From Acidimicrobiia bacterium (GTDB taxonomy: Bacteria > Actinomycetota > Acidimicrobiia > Spongiisociales > SHLN01), in the NCBI GenBank assembly GCA_041619515.1, contig JBFKDW010000007.1, positions 1 through 62,227 of the forward strand: a stretch of DNA of 62,227 nucleotides, in the 5' to 3' direction. Under the pieces are notes generated by a model. It saw only the letters and a program-made list of their open reading frames with translations, had not been told where the DNA came from and made no database searches. Shown here in pieces: positions 18,533-28,574 of the stretch (position 1 is the first letter of the stretch; each line of letters starts with the position of its first letter). The position numbers were made by a program, and so were the translations under genes.

Positions 18533-19573
18533 CTATCCCTTGACGAAGGAAGGGATCAGCTCGTCCTCGGCGGCGCCAAAATCGGTCGTGGACGCAGGCA
18601 CGAATCCCCGTCGCGCCTCGAAGCCGGCGGCGACAACGGTTACCCGCATCTCATCGCCGAGCGAATCGTCGACCACGGCGCCGAAGATGATGTTGGCGTC
18701 GGCCGCGCACCGGGAGGCGATCACCTCGGCGGCCGTGTTGACTTCGAAGAGCGTCATATCGGCCGGACCCGCGATCGACAAGAGAACTCCGGTGGCGCCA
18801 TCCATCGAGATCTCGAGCAGGGGGCTCTCGACTGCCCGCAGAGCCGCCTTGTCTGCCCGGCCCTCGCCGGCCGACGCCCCGATGCCCATGACGGCCGAGC
18901 CGGCGTCTTGCATGACCGTCTTGACGTCGGCGAAGTCGACGTTGATGAGGCCGGGGGTAGTGATGAGCTCGGTGATCCCGGAAACTCCCTGCAGGAGAAC
19001 CTCGTCGGCCATGCGAAACGCTTCGAGCACGCTCGTCTTCTGGTCGGACACCTCGATGAGCCGCTCGTTGGGAATGATGATGAGCGTGTCGACGGCTTCC
19101 TTGAGATCCTGGATTCCCTGCTCGGCCTGGACCGACCGGCGCCGTCCCTCGAAGCCGAACGGGCGGGTGACGACGCCGACGGTGAGGGCGCCGAGGCCAC
19201 GAGCGATCTCAGCAATGATGGGGGCGGCGCCGGTACCGGTCCCGCCACCCTCTCCGGCGGTGAGGAAGACCATGTCGGCCCCCTTGAGTGCATCCTCGAT
19301 CTCGTCGATGTGAGCGTCGGCCGACGCCCTGCCCACCTCGGGATTGGCCCCGGCGCCGAGGCCCCGGGTGATGTCCCGTCCGATGTCGAGCTTGATGTCG
19401 GCGTCACTCATCAGCAGGGCCTGGGCATCGGTGTTCACAGCGATGAACTCGACGCCCCGGAGACCCGCGTCGATCATCCGGTTGATGGCGTTGACGCCAC
19501 CGCCCCCGATGCCGACAACCTTGATGACGGCCAGGTAGTTGTGTGGACTCGTCTTGCTGCTTGTCATTGCCAT
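18533..19573 (-). CDS. ftsZ: Cell division protein FtsZ
   Basis: [24 protein letters not shown] tubulin motif, NVDFADV and C-terminal IPSF. Confidence 0.98.
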   Translation of the reverse strand: MAMTSSKTSPHNYLAVIKVVGIGGGGVNAINRMIDAGLRGVEFIAVNTDAQALLMSDADIKLDIGRDITRGLGAGANPEVGRASADAHIDEIEDALKGADMVFLTAGEGGGTGTGAAPIIAEIARGLGALTVGVVTRPFGFEGRRRSVQAEQGIQDLKEAVDTLIIIPNERLIEVSDQKTSVLEAFRMADEVLLQGVSGITELITTPGLINVDFADVKTVMQDAGSAVMGIGASAGEGRADKAALRAVESPLLEISMDGATGVLLSIAGPADMTLFEVNTAAEVIASRCAADANIIFGAVVDDSLGDEMRVTVVAAGFEARRGFVPASTTDFGAAEDELIPSFVKG

Positions 19574-19593
19574 CCTCCGCGTGTTGCCGGCGC

Positions 19594-19653
19594 ACTCTAC
19601 CGGCTCGGCGGCGGCGGCTCAAGAGGGTATGTCTCTACCTCTAGTAGAGGGTT
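19594..19653 (-). promoter_or_regulatory. ftsZ promoter with an upstream FtsR-like operator
   Basis: Minus strand: -35 TTGAGC (19617-19622)-17 nt- -10 TAGAGT (19594-19599); AACCCTCTACTAGAGGTAGAGACAT at 19629-19653 containing the CCTCTA-C-TAGAGG palindrome. Confidence 0.65.
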
Positions 19654-20434
19654 AATTCGGGGGCGAGGCGCTGGGATCGGGCGGCGGAGGATGCACGGCC
19701 GGCCGCTCCGGAGCGATCAGGTCGACCACGGCGTCAGGGGCGAGCCGGTCATCTGCCAGGATTGCGACCAGCGCCGCCGCCTTGGCCGCCATGTTGGTCG
19801 GCGGCCCGAGCCGGATCCGATGGCCATCTATCTCGGCGGCCAGCTCGGCGGCGGACGCGGAGATCGTCGTCCGTTTGATCAGCTCGGCCGGGAGGGCGGC
19901 GAGGAACTCAACCACTCCCATCATGGTCGCCGACACGGTGTCGCCGCCCCGGCCCGCGTAGGCGACCTCCGGGCTGATGACGGCCAGCCGGTCCGGCGGG
20001 TCGGCCACCGAAACCATGATGTGGCCGTCGTCCGATACCGTCCGCCATCCGTCGTCTGCGGGGACTACCGCCACCTCGAACCGCTCGACGATCTCGATCT
20101 CGATACGGTCGGGGAAGCGGCGCCATACCGATGCCTCCTTCACCCACGGATCGTCCGCCAGGGCCTCCTCGATCGCATCCGGCCGGATGAGCACGAGCGG
20201 TCGACCCTCGTAGACGTCGAAGGCGGCGAGCACCTCTTGCACGGAAGCCTGTCGGGCCCCTTCCACGTTGATGCTGGCAACCGAGAAGAAGGGCGACTGT
20301 GCGACCCAGAAGATCATCCAGGCGGAGGCCACCACGAGCAGGACCCAGAGAGCTCGCCGCAGGTGCCGGCGTGCCCGATGCTCCCGCACGTTGGAACGGC
20401 GGCGAAGGAACCGGGGGTGGGCGTGCACGCTCAT
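19652..20434 (-). CDS. ftsQ: Cell division protein FtsQ/DivIB
   Basis: TM helix and POTRA domain (PWVKEASVWRRFPDRIEIEIVER); synteny. Confidence 0.9.
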   Translation of the reverse strand: MSVHAHPRFLRRRSNVREHRARRHLRRALWVLLVVASAWMIFWVAQSPFFSVASINVEGARQASVQEVLAAFDVYEGRPLVLIRPDAIEEALADDPWVKEASVWRRFPDRIEIEIVERFEVAVVPADDGWRTVSDDGHIMVSVADPPDRLAVISPEVAYAGRGGDTVSATMMGVVEFLAALPAELIKRTTISASAAELAAEIDGHRIRLGPPTNMAAKAAALVAILADDRLAPDAVVDLIAPERPAVHPPPPDPSASPPN

Positions 20435-21339
20435 GCGAATGGGCCGGCAAACTGTACTTCCGGAACCAGCTCGATCCCGGTCTTCTCCATCACCCGTCGG
20501 CGGACCTCATCGACCAGGTCATAGACGTCCTGGGCGGTGGCGCCGGCATCAGCCTCGAAGAAGTTGGCGTGCTTGGGTGACACCCGCGCTCCCCCGACTT
20601 GGAATCCTTTGAGTCCGAGCTCGTCGATGATGCGCCCGGCGGCGTCATCGTCCGGATTGCGGAACACACTCCCGGCATTGAGCGTGCCACCCGGTTGATG
20701 GAGGCGGCGCCAGCGGGTGATGTCACGCAATATGGCCTGGCCTTCGACACGATCCCCCGGCTCGGTCCGGAAATCGGCCGCCACCACGAGCTCATTCGAA
20801 GCCAGCGAGCTCGACCTGTACTTGAAGTCAAGGTCGGCGCATGGCACGGTGCGGAACCGGCCCGTGGTCATGTCGAACACCTCAGCACTGAGCAGCCAAT
20901 CGGCGGTCTCGCTGCCGTGCCCGCCTGCGTTGGTGCGGACCGCCCCCCCAACCGAGCCGGGTATCCCGACGTAGAACTCGAGGCCGCTCCTGCCCAGGTT
21001 GACGGTCTCACGGGCCAGGCGGGGAAGAGTCACGGCCGCTCCCGCCGTCACCTCGGCGGCAGGCCCGGGCCCGATACCGATGGTGGAGAATGCGGAGCCG
21101 AAGCGAATCGCCAGCCCCGGCCATCCGGCATCTGAGATGACCAGGTTGCTGCCGCGCCCCACCACGAGCACCGGCTGCGGGTCCTCGGCGAGGGCAGCGG
21201 CAATCTCGGGCAGGTCGCTGCGACCCTGCACCTCCACGAAGTAGCGGGCGGGGCCGCCGAGCTTGTAGGTCGTCAGCTCACCGAGGCGTACACCGGTCAG
21301 GACACGGCCGGAGGCCCGCAGCTCCTCGAATCCGCTCAT
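20431..21339 (-). CDS. murB: UDP-N-acetylenolpyruvoylglucosamine reductase
   Basis: TTYKLGGPA, GRGSN, GIPGSVGGA, NAGSVFRNP and HANF motifs. Confidence 0.95.
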   Translation of the reverse strand: MSGFEELRASGRVLTGVRLGELTTYKLGGPARYFVEVQGRSDLPEIAAALAEDPQPVLVVGRGSNLVISDAGWPGLAIRFGSAFSTIGIGPGPAAEVTAGAAVTLPRLARETVNLGRSGLEFYVGIPGSVGGAVRTNAGGHGSETADWLLSAEVFDMTTGRFRTVPCADLDFKYRSSSLASNELVVAADFRTEPGDRVEGQAILRDITRWRRLHQPGGTLNAGSVFRNPDDDAAGRIIDELGLKGFQVGGARVSPKHANFFEADAGATAQDVYDLVDEVRRRVMEKTGIELVPEVQFAGPFA

Positions 21340-22691
21340 GCGTCGCTCTGCAGCTCGACGAGCTCGGTGGCCAGGCCCGTGATATCGCCGGCGCCCAGGC
21401 TGAGCAAGAGGTCCCCGGGATTCAGCAGGGCGGCGACCGTTTCCGCGAGTCGCGAGCGGAGCGGGGCGTACACCACCTCGGTTCCCGCCCGTCGCACCGC
21501 TTGCGCGACGAGGGCCCCCGTCACCCCGGGGATCGGCTTCTCGCCGGCGTCGTACACGTCGGTAACCACCACGACGTCTGCCCCGGCCAGCGCCGGGCCG
21601 AACGCCTCCCAGTGCGCCTGGGTGCGGCTGTAGCGGTGCGGCTGGAAGGCCGCGATCAACCTGCCCTGGTGCCGGGCGCGGGCGGCAGCCACGGTTGCGG
21701 CGACTTCCGTGGGGTGGTGTGCGTAGTCGTCGATGACGTGTACCCCGTTGATGCGGCCCCTCGACTCGAACCTGCGCCGGATACCGGCGAAGCCGGCGAG
21801 GCCCGCCGCCACGTCTGCGGTGGGGAATCCGAGCTCGCTGAGCAGTGCGACCACCCCGGCCGCGTTGAGGGAGGTGTGCATCCCCGGCGTGGGCACCTCG
21901 ACCATCACCTCTTCACCGTGGCCCCGCAGCGTGAATCGGGCCCCGCCACCGGCGGTTTGCACCTCGCTGACCAGCCAGGCGGCATCCGGGGACATCCCAT
22001 AGGTCACCGCCCCCACCACCTCGGCCAGTCGCCGCGACCCCTCGTCGTCGGCACAGGCAACCACCGGGCCCCGGGTCGCCTGGGCGACTTCCACGAAGCT
22101 CGCTTCGAGCCGGTCGAGCGTCTCGTAATGGTCGAGGTGGTCGGCTTCGATGTTGGTGACGAGCAGACCACGCAGATGAAGGCGGCGGAAGGTGCCGAAC
22201 GCCTCATCCGCCTCGAGGATGAAGAGATCCCGTTCGCCGAGGTGGGCGCTGGTGCCGAGCCCGAGCATTCGCCCGCCTACGAGGAAGCTGGGGTCGCGTC
22301 CGGTGGCGCGCAGGGCGGTGACGGCCAGGCCGGTGCTGGTGGTCTTGCCGTGGGTTCCGGTGACACCGATGGCCGGCATGGAACGGGTCATCGCCTCGAG
22401 GAGATCCGGGCGCCTCCAGACGGGGACCGAGAGGCGGCGGGCTTCGCTCATTTCAGGATCTTCCTCCGGGATCGCCGAGGAAGCCACGACCAGCTCGGCG
22501 GCGGCAACCGCTTCGGGCCGGTGACCGTCCCAGACGTCCACCCCCAGATCCTGCAGCTCCGCGAAGCTGGGGTTTGGTCGCAGATCCGAGCCGGTGACGA
22601 TTCGGCCCGATTGGGCAAGGAGCTTGGCGAGGCCGCTCATGCCGGCCCCTCCGACTCCCACCAGGTGGACGTGCTGCGGAATATCACGCAC
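21336..22691 (-). CDS. murC: UDP-N-acetylmuramate--L-alanine ligase
   Basis: GVGGAGMSGLA, GTHGKTTST, EADE, DYAHHPTE and FQPHRYSRT motifs. Confidence 0.96.
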   Translation of the reverse strand: MRDIPQHVHLVGVGGAGMSGLAKLLAQSGRIVTGSDLRPNPSFAELQDLGVDVWDGHRPEAVAAAELVVASSAIPEEDPEMSEARRLSVPVWRRPDLLEAMTRSMPAIGVTGTHGKTTSTGLAVTALRATGRDPSFLVGGRMLGLGTSAHLGERDLFILEADEAFGTFRRLHLRGLLVTNIEADHLDHYETLDRLEASFVEVAQATRGPVVACADDEGSRRLAEVVGAVTYGMSPDAAWLVSEVQTAGGGARFTLRGHGEEVMVEVPTPGMHTSLNAAGVVALLSELGFPTADVAAGLAGFAGIRRRFESRGRINGVHVIDDYAHHPTEVAATVAAARARHQGRLIAAFQPHRYSRTQAHWEAFGPALAGADVVVVTDVYDAGEKPIPGVTGALVAQAVRRAGTEVVYAPLRSRLAETVAALLNPGDLLLSLGAGDITGLATELVELQSDA

Positions 22692-23751
22692 CGGCGGCCT
22701 CCCGCACGGCGGCGGCCACCCGTCCCGCCGCGTCGGGCCGGCCGGCGGCCAACGCCATCGCCGCCCGCCGGGCGAGCTCGCCCGGCTCGAGTGCCTGCGC
22801 CACCGCTTCTCCGAGTGTCGCAAGCTCGTTCTCGGCTACGACACTCGCACCTCCCCGCTCGGCCAAGAAGGCCGCGTTGGCGTCCTGATGGCCCGACGCT
22901 CCCTGATAGGGAACGAGAATCGACGGGGTCCCGGTGACGGCGAGCTCACTGACCGTGAGGGCACCGGCTCGCGCCACAACCAGGTCGGCGGCGGCGTAGA
23001 ACCAGCGCATGTCGGGCTCATACGGAATCACAACCCAGCCGGGAAGGTCGCCGGACAGCATGCTCCACGTTTCGTGCTGGCCGGGCCCGGCCAGTTGAAG
23101 CAGTTGATAGGCAGGTCCGGCGTCGGCCAACTGGTGGGCAGCCCGGTTGAGGGCATCCGCCCCCTGGCTCCCCCCGAGAATCCCGACAACCGGACGGGCC
23201 GGATCGAGCCCATAGCGCTTGCGCGCCGTCGCTTCGGCCGGCGGCCGCGCCAGCAGAGCGGATCTGAGTGGATTCCCGACCAGTTCGGCGCCGCGCAGAG
23301 TGTTCGCAGCCGACGGAAATGCCACGAAGACCCGCCGGGCGAGGCGGGCGGCGAGGCGATTGGCTCGGCCGGGCACTGCGTTCTGCTCGTGCAGGATGAG
23401 CGGCAGGCGCGCCGTTCGAGCGGCCAGCGCCGCCGGTCCGGTGACGTAGCCACCCATCGCCAGAACTGCGGTCACTCCCCTTGCCGCCATCTCCCTGCGC
23501 ATGTTGCGAGCGGCCCCGACCACGCCCGCGAGCACGCGGATGTCGTCGAGGCGGCCGGTGCGGGACAGGCCCCGGATTTCCAGCCGAACGAGTTCATAGC
23601 CGGCCTCGGGCACTGCGGTTGCTTCGATTCGATCACCACCGAAGAATACGATCTCGTTTCGTGCCGTCCCCAGCACCTCCAGGGCCTCCGCCACCGCCAG
23701 CGCCGGGTACACATGGCCGCCGGTGCCGGCCGCAGCGATCGCGATGGTCAT
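22684..23751 (-). CDS. murG: Lipid II glycosyltransferase MurG
   Basis: AGTGGHVYPA, GGY, HEQN, GNPLR, GGSQGA, RAGA and HQDANA motifs. Confidence 0.96.
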   Translation of the reverse strand: MTIAIAAAGTGGHVYPALAVAEALEVLGTARNEIVFFGGDRIEATAVPEAGYELVRLEIRGLSRTGRLDDIRVLAGVVGAARNMRREMAARGVTAVLAMGGYVTGPAALAARTARLPLILHEQNAVPGRANRLAARLARRVFVAFPSAANTLRGAELVGNPLRSALLARPPAEATARKRYGLDPARPVVGILGGSQGADALNRAAHQLADAGPAYQLLQLAGPGQHETWSMLSGDLPGWVVIPYEPDMRWFYAAADLVVARAGALTVSELAVTGTPSILVPYQGASGHQDANAAFLAERGGASVVAENELATLGEAVAQALEPGELARRAAMALAAGRPDAAGRVAAAVREAAGA

Positions 23752-24920
23752 GACGAGGATGGCGTGGGCTGCTGTCGGCGGCGAGCAATATTGATCAACA
23801 CCCCGACGGCGGCCATCTCCACCACCAGGGCGCTTCCGCCGAAGGACACAAACGGGAGCGGCAACCCCGTGATGGGGAGGATGGCGGTGACGCCGCCGAG
23901 GTTCACGATCGACTGCACGGCCAGCCAGGCGACGACGCCGGTGGCGAGCATCCGTCCGAAATCGTCCCGGGCCCGGATGGCGACCGCCACTCCGGCCATG
24001 GTGAACGCGGCCAGGAGCACGAGGACGGCTCCCGCTCCCACCAGCCCCGTTTCCTCCCCGATGATGGCGTAGATGAAATCGGTGTGGGCATTGGGAAGGA
24101 ACTCCCACCGGGCCCGGCTTGCCCCCAAGCCCACCCCGAAGAACCCGCCGGTTCCGAGAGCAAACAGCGACTGCACCCCCTGGAACCCGGTGCCGAGAGG
24201 ATCACTGAAGGGGTCGAGGAACCCGGTGATCCGGTCCCACCGGTAGTCGGCCGCCATGGCGAGCAGCAGCGCAGCGAGGCCGCCCCCCGCCGCAGAGGCG
24301 GCAACGAACCGGAAGGGGGCATCCGAGGCCACCAGCACCGCCAGTGCCGCGGCGCCGATGATGATCGTGGTTCCGAGGTCGGGCTGGAGAATGATCAAGC
24401 CGCCGATGAGCCCGAGGCAGGCTGCCACCGGCCAGAAAAAATGGGCGAAGTCGGTGAGGAGCTCGCGTTTGCGGGCCATGACCATCGACAGGAAGACGAC
24501 CACGGCGAACTTGGCGAACTCCGACGGCTGGATGGTGATCGGGCCGACGACCAGCCACGACCGGCTCCCACCGCGGACGACCCCGAACATGAGCACGGCC
24601 ACCAGCGAAAGGGCGGAGATCCCGAGGATGGCCGGTGCCGCCCGCCGATAGAGATCGTAGGGGACGCGGGCGGCGACGATCATGGCCAGCGAGCCGACCA
24701 GAACCCACAGCAACTGGCGTCGAAAGTAGTAGAGGGAATCGTCGAACTCGGCCAGCGCCGGCACCGAGCTGGCCGACAGGATTGCGCCGAGACCGACGAC
24801 GATGAGCACCGTCATCGGCACGACCAGCAGGGTCACGATTCGCCGCGTTACCACCACCTCGGTATCGCGCCGGCGGGCCCGGCTGCGAGTCCCGACGATG
24901 GAGGTGACCTTGCCGGTCAT
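23748..24920 (-). CDS. ftsW: SEDS peptidoglycan polymerase FtsW
   Basis: QPSEFAK, QPDLGT, LPNAHTDFI and GLPLPFVSFGGS motifs. Confidence 0.96.
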   Translation of the reverse strand: MTGKVTSIVGTRSRARRRDTEVVVTRRIVTLLVVPMTVLIVVGLGAILSASSVPALAEFDDSLYYFRRQLLWVLVGSLAMIVAARVPYDLYRRAAPAILGISALSLVAVLMFGVVRGGSRSWLVVGPITIQPSEFAKFAVVVFLSMVMARKRELLTDFAHFFWPVAACLGLIGGLIILQPDLGTTIIIGAAALAVLVASDAPFRFVAASAAGGGLAALLLAMAADYRWDRITGFLDPFSDPLGTGFQGVQSLFALGTGGFFGVGLGASRARWEFLPNAHTDFIYAIIGEETGLVGAGAVLVLLAAFTMAGVAVAIRARDDFGRMLATGVVAWLAVQSIVNLGGVTAILPITGLPLPFVSFGGSALVVEMAAVGVLINIARRRQQPTPSSS

Positions 24921-26215
24921 CGCGCCCGCTCCGCTCCGTAGAAATCCTCGGCCGCAGCGGCAAATGCGTCCCCACGTTCGGCGTACGAACCGAACATGTC
25001 GAAGCTGGCACAACCGGGCGCCAGCAGGACGGTATCTCCGCGAGTGGCCATGGCGCCGGCACGGGCCACGGCCTCCGGCAGCGAGGCGGCGACCGTGACG
25101 GAGGTCGGGTCTTCGGCGGCTCCGACGAGCTCCTCGCTCGCCTCCCCGATCGCCACGATGTGCTTGATGGTGTCGACCGCAAGAAGCGGTGCCAGATCGA
25201 GGCCTTTGTTGCGCCCCCCGGCGATCAGAACCACCGAGGGGTAGGCGGCGGCCGCGGCCACCGCGGCATGGGGGTTGGTGGCCTTGGAGTCATCCACCCA
25301 CTTCACGCCCTCCCACTCCCCGACCAGCGCTCTCCGATGCGGGCCGGGCCGGAATTCCGCCACCACCGACGCCACCGGCGGAATGCCGATGTCGAATTCG
25401 AGAGCCGCCACGGCGGCGGCCGCCAGGTCCACGACGAACGACGGGTCCCGCACGGCTGAAAGAGGCATCGATCCAGCCGGGACGACCAGCTGGTCCCCGG
25501 CGGGCCCGGCGCCTCCCGCAGGAACCCGCAGGCCGGACACCGGAATGAGCCGGGAGGATGCCTCCACCACTGCCGCGGCTGCCCCCGGGTCGTCGATGTC
25601 GTAGATGAGGGCATCGGCCGGCCCCTGGTTTCGAAAGATTCTCGCCTTGGCGGCGGCATAGGCCTCCAGTGTCCCATGCCAGTCGAGGTGGTCCTCGGCA
25701 ATGTTGAGCAAGACGGCCACCCGGGGGTGAAACCTGTCGGTGAATCGAAGCTGGAAGCTCGAGGTCTCCACCACGACCACGTCCCATGGGTCGGTGGCAA
25801 CGTCGGCGAAGGCGGTGCCGATGTTGCCGGTCGCCACCGCCTTGCGCCCGGCGACCGTGAGCATGTCCGCGATGAGGGCCGTGACGGTGGTCTTCCCATT
25901 CGTGCCGGTAACCGCGATCAGGGGTGCTTCGACGACGGAGGCGGCGAGCTCGACTTCGGAGATGACGTTGATCCCCGCGGCCAGCGCATCCCGCACCTCG
26001 GGCGCATGCTCCGGCACCCCCGGGCTGACTATCAGCCGGTCGGCTCGGTCGAGTAGATCCGCGGACCATTCACCCGAAGCGGTCGGGTACGTCCCCGCCA
26101 GAGGAGCGACGGCGGCCGGATTCCGATCGAACACCGCGACCTCGTCACCCAGGCTGCGGGCGAGCCGGGCGGCGGCCCTCCCACTGACGCCGGCGCCGAT
26201 CACGAGCGTCCTCAC
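24917..26215 (-). CDS. murD: UDP-MurNAc-L-Ala--D-glutamate ligase
   Basis: GAGVSG, SPGVP, GTNGKTT, ETSSFQL, DDSKATN and APGCASFD motifs. Confidence 0.96.
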   Translation of the reverse strand: MRTLVIGAGVSGRAAARLARSLGDEVAVFDRNPAAVAPLAGTYPTASGEWSADLLDRADRLIVSPGVPEHAPEVRDALAAGINVISEVELAASVVEAPLIAVTGTNGKTTVTALIADMLTVAGRKAVATGNIGTAFADVATDPWDVVVVETSSFQLRFTDRFHPRVAVLLNIAEDHLDWHGTLEAYAAAKARIFRNQGPADALIYDIDDPGAAAAVVEASSRLIPVSGLRVPAGGAGPAGDQLVVPAGSMPLSAVRDPSFVVDLAAAAVAALEFDIGIPPVASVVAEFRPGPHRRALVGEWEGVKWVDDSKATNPHAAVAAAAAYPSVVLIAGGRNKGLDLAPLLAVDTIKHIVAIGEASEELVGAAEDPTSVTVAASLPEAVARAGAMATRGDTVLLAPGCASFDMFGSYAERGDAFAAAAEDFYGAERAR

Positions 26216-27264
26216 GACAGGCCGCCTTCCATCGAGATGAAGTCGCCGTAGAAGATGCCGAGGCCGAGGGCAACCGAGATGCCGGCGATGATCCAGAATC
26301 GAATGATGACCGTCGTCTCGGGCCAGCCTCGCAGCTCGAAGTGGTGGTGAATCGGAGCCATGCGGAAGATCCGGGTCCCGAACATCCGAAACGAGGCCAC
26401 CTGCAGGATGACCGAGGTTGCCTCGATCACATAGAGTCCTCCGAGCACCGCCAGCAGGAGGTGCGTGTTCGTGAGCAGGGCGAGGGCCGCCATGGCCCCT
26501 CCCAACGCCTGAGATCCGACGTCGCCCATGAATAGCTCGGCCGGGGCCGCGTTGTACCAGAGGAAGGCCATCACCGAGCCGAGCAGGGCCGCAGCCAGGA
26601 TGCCGAGGTCGAGCGCACCGTCGACGGTGTAAACCGACGGGTTGCGGAACTGCCAGAACCCCACGATGACGAAGGCCCCGAACACCAGGGCACTCGAGCC
26701 GGCCGCCAAGCCGTCGAGCCCGTCTGTCAGGTTCACCGCGTTGGCGGCGGCAGTCAGCAGAAACAGGACCCAAAGCGGGTAGGCCCACCCGAGATCCAGC
26801 CCGAGCTCCCTGGTGAACGAGATCTCGGTGGACACGTTCGAGGTCACAGCCCCCCAGGCGAACAGCCCGGCCACCAGCAACTGGCCACCGAACTTCCATC
26901 GTTTGCTGAGCCCGAGGTTCTGCTTGCGGGCGTACTTCTGGTAGTCGTCGATGAATCCGATGACTCCCATCCCCGCGAGGGCGAACAGGGCCAACCCTGC
27001 CTCGGCGCTGAACGGCCGCGGGTCCAGGCCGAAGCCCTCTTCCGGAGACCAGATGCGGAGGTGGGCGACCAGGTATCCAACCGCCGTCGCGAAGATGACG
27101 ACCGTCCCTCCCATGGTGGGGGTTCCCCGCTTGTGGGAGTGCTCGGCGACGTCGTCTTGAATGAACTGTCCGACGTTGTGGCGGCGGAGTGCGCGGATCA
27201 CCGACGGCATGACGACGAAGCCGAGGCCAAACCCCACCGTCACGGCCACGAGGAGCGCAATCAC
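26212..27264 (-). CDS. mraY: Phospho-N-acetylmuramoyl-pentapeptide transferase
   Basis: KRGTPTMGG, GFIDD, NAVNLTDGLDGL, FMGDVGS and APIHHHFE motifs. Confidence 0.97.
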   Translation of the reverse strand: MIALLVAVTVGFGLGFVVMPSVIRALRRHNVGQFIQDDVAEHSHKRGTPTMGGTVVIFATAVGYLVAHLRIWSPEEGFGLDPRPFSAEAGLALFALAGMGVIGFIDDYQKYARKQNLGLSKRWKFGGQLLVAGLFAWGAVTSNVSTEISFTRELGLDLGWAYPLWVLFLLTAAANAVNLTDGLDGLAAGSSALVFGAFVIVGFWQFRNPSVYTVDGALDLGILAAALLGSVMAFLWYNAAPAELFMGDVGSQALGGAMAALALLTNTHLLLAVLGGLYVIEATSVILQVASFRMFGTRIFRMAPIHHHFELRGWPETTVIIRFWIIAGISVALGLGIFYGDFISMEGGLS

Positions 27265-28574
27265 GGTGCCAGCTCCCGGGCGAGCGTCTCGAGCCCCACT
27301 GCCCGTGAGGCTTTGACGAGCACCACATCGTTCTCGTCGACGTGCTGAGAGACCAGGCGGTGGGCGGCGGCCGTGTCGGGAACCGCCCGGGCGATATCGC
27401 CGGCGCCGTCGGCGATCCCCGGATCCTCGCCGACGACCACAACCATTGCGAAGCCGAGCTCGCGAGCCAGCCTGCCGACCGTTCGATGAGCCGAGGGGGC
27501 CTCCCGGCCCAGCTCGGCCATCAGTCCGAGCACCGCCAGATGCCGACCCGGCATGCCTGCAACTGATCGGAGAGCCGCCTCCATCGACGCCGGGTTGGCG
27601 TTGTAGGCATCGTTGACGACCGTGTAGGGGCCGGGGATGACCTCCATTCGCCACGCCGAAGCCTTCGCCACTTCCAGCCCGGCGGCGATATCGGGCAGGG
27701 CACGCCCGAGTGCGAGGGCGGCGGCGGCCGCAGCCGCGGCGTTGTGGGCTTGATGGGCCCCGGCCATGGACAGCTTCACAGCTACTCGCTCACCCGCGTG
27801 TTCCAGAGTGAAGGAGGGACGGGCCATGTCGTCGAGGGTGAGCCCCTCGACTCGCACATCTCCGTCGTCTCCAAAGAAGACCACGGATCGCCCCTCGCGA
27901 GCGGCCCACTCCGCCAGCGTGGGCTCCTGGGCCGGAAGAACGGCAACCCCGTCGGGGCCCAGCCCCTCCACCAGCTCCCATTTGGCGTGACGGACCGTGT
28001 CGATATCGCCCATAGTGGCCAAATGGCTGGCTCCGATGCTCGTGATGACGGCGATGTCGGGCCGCACGACGTCGATGAGCTGGCGGATATGGCCGGCACC
28101 CCGGCTTCCCACCTCGACGACGAGGACCTCAGTGGTGTTGGGCGCCGTCAACACCGTCAGCGGCACCCCTACCTCGTTGTTGAAGGATTTCGGTGAAGCC
28201 CAGGTCCCAACGCCGAGCGCACTGGAGAGCAGGTCCTTGCACGACGTCTTGCCGGTGCTGCCGGTGATGCCGATCGCACGCACGCCCGGCAGTGAGCGGC
28301 GACGGTCGGCCGCCAGGAGCCGCAGCCCCAGCAAGGTATCCGCGACCTCTATGCGCGGCTCGAGCGTTACGTCCTCGTCCACCATGACTGCGGCGGCGCC
28401 TGCCTCTGCGGCGGCATGGACGTAGTCGTGCCCGTCAAACCGTTCCCCCCGCAGAGCCACGAACAGCGCACCCGGGGCAAGCGAGCGGGTGTCGGTTGAG
28501 ACGCTCGACACCTCGGCGCGGCCCACGGCTACCCCGTCGGTGATCTTGGCGACTTCGTCGGTTGTCCACCTCAT
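27261..28574 (-). CDS. murF: UDP-MurNAc-tripeptide--D-Ala-D-Ala ligase
   Basis: GERFDGHDY, TGSTGKT, SFNNEVGVP, NDAYNANP and VKASR motifs. Confidence 0.95.
   Translation of the reverse strand: MRWTTDEVAKITDGVAVGRAEVSSVSTDTRSLAPGALFVALRGERFDGHDYVHAAAEAGAAAVMVDEDVTLEPRIEVADTLLGLRLLAADRRRSLPGVRAIGITGSTGKTSCKDLLSSALGVGTWASPKSFNNEVGVPLTVLTAPNTTEVLVVEVGSRGAGHIRQLIDVVRPDIAVITSIGASHLATMGDIDTVRHAKWELVEGLGPDGVAVLPAQEPTLAEWAAREGRSVVFFGDDGDVRVEGLTLDDMARPSFTLEHAGERVAVKLSMAGAHQAHNAAAAAAAALALGRALPDIAAGLEVAKASAWRMEVIPGPYTVVNDAYNANPASMEAALRSVAGMPGRHLAVLGLMAELGREAPSAHRTVGRLARELGFAMVVVVGEDPGIADGAGDIARAVPDTAAAHRLVSQHVDENDVVLVKASRAVGLETLARELAP

Noticed and set aside
18533..20434. Absence of ftsA between ftsQ and ftsZ
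   Set aside because: Normal for Actinobacteria, which use SepF (present here)
24917..27442. Apparent 841-aa MurD and similar N-terminal extensions of murC, murG, mraY, fabG, fabH and tam
   Set aside because: The extensions are alternative frames of upstream genes; real starts lie at stop/start overlaps or after RBSs
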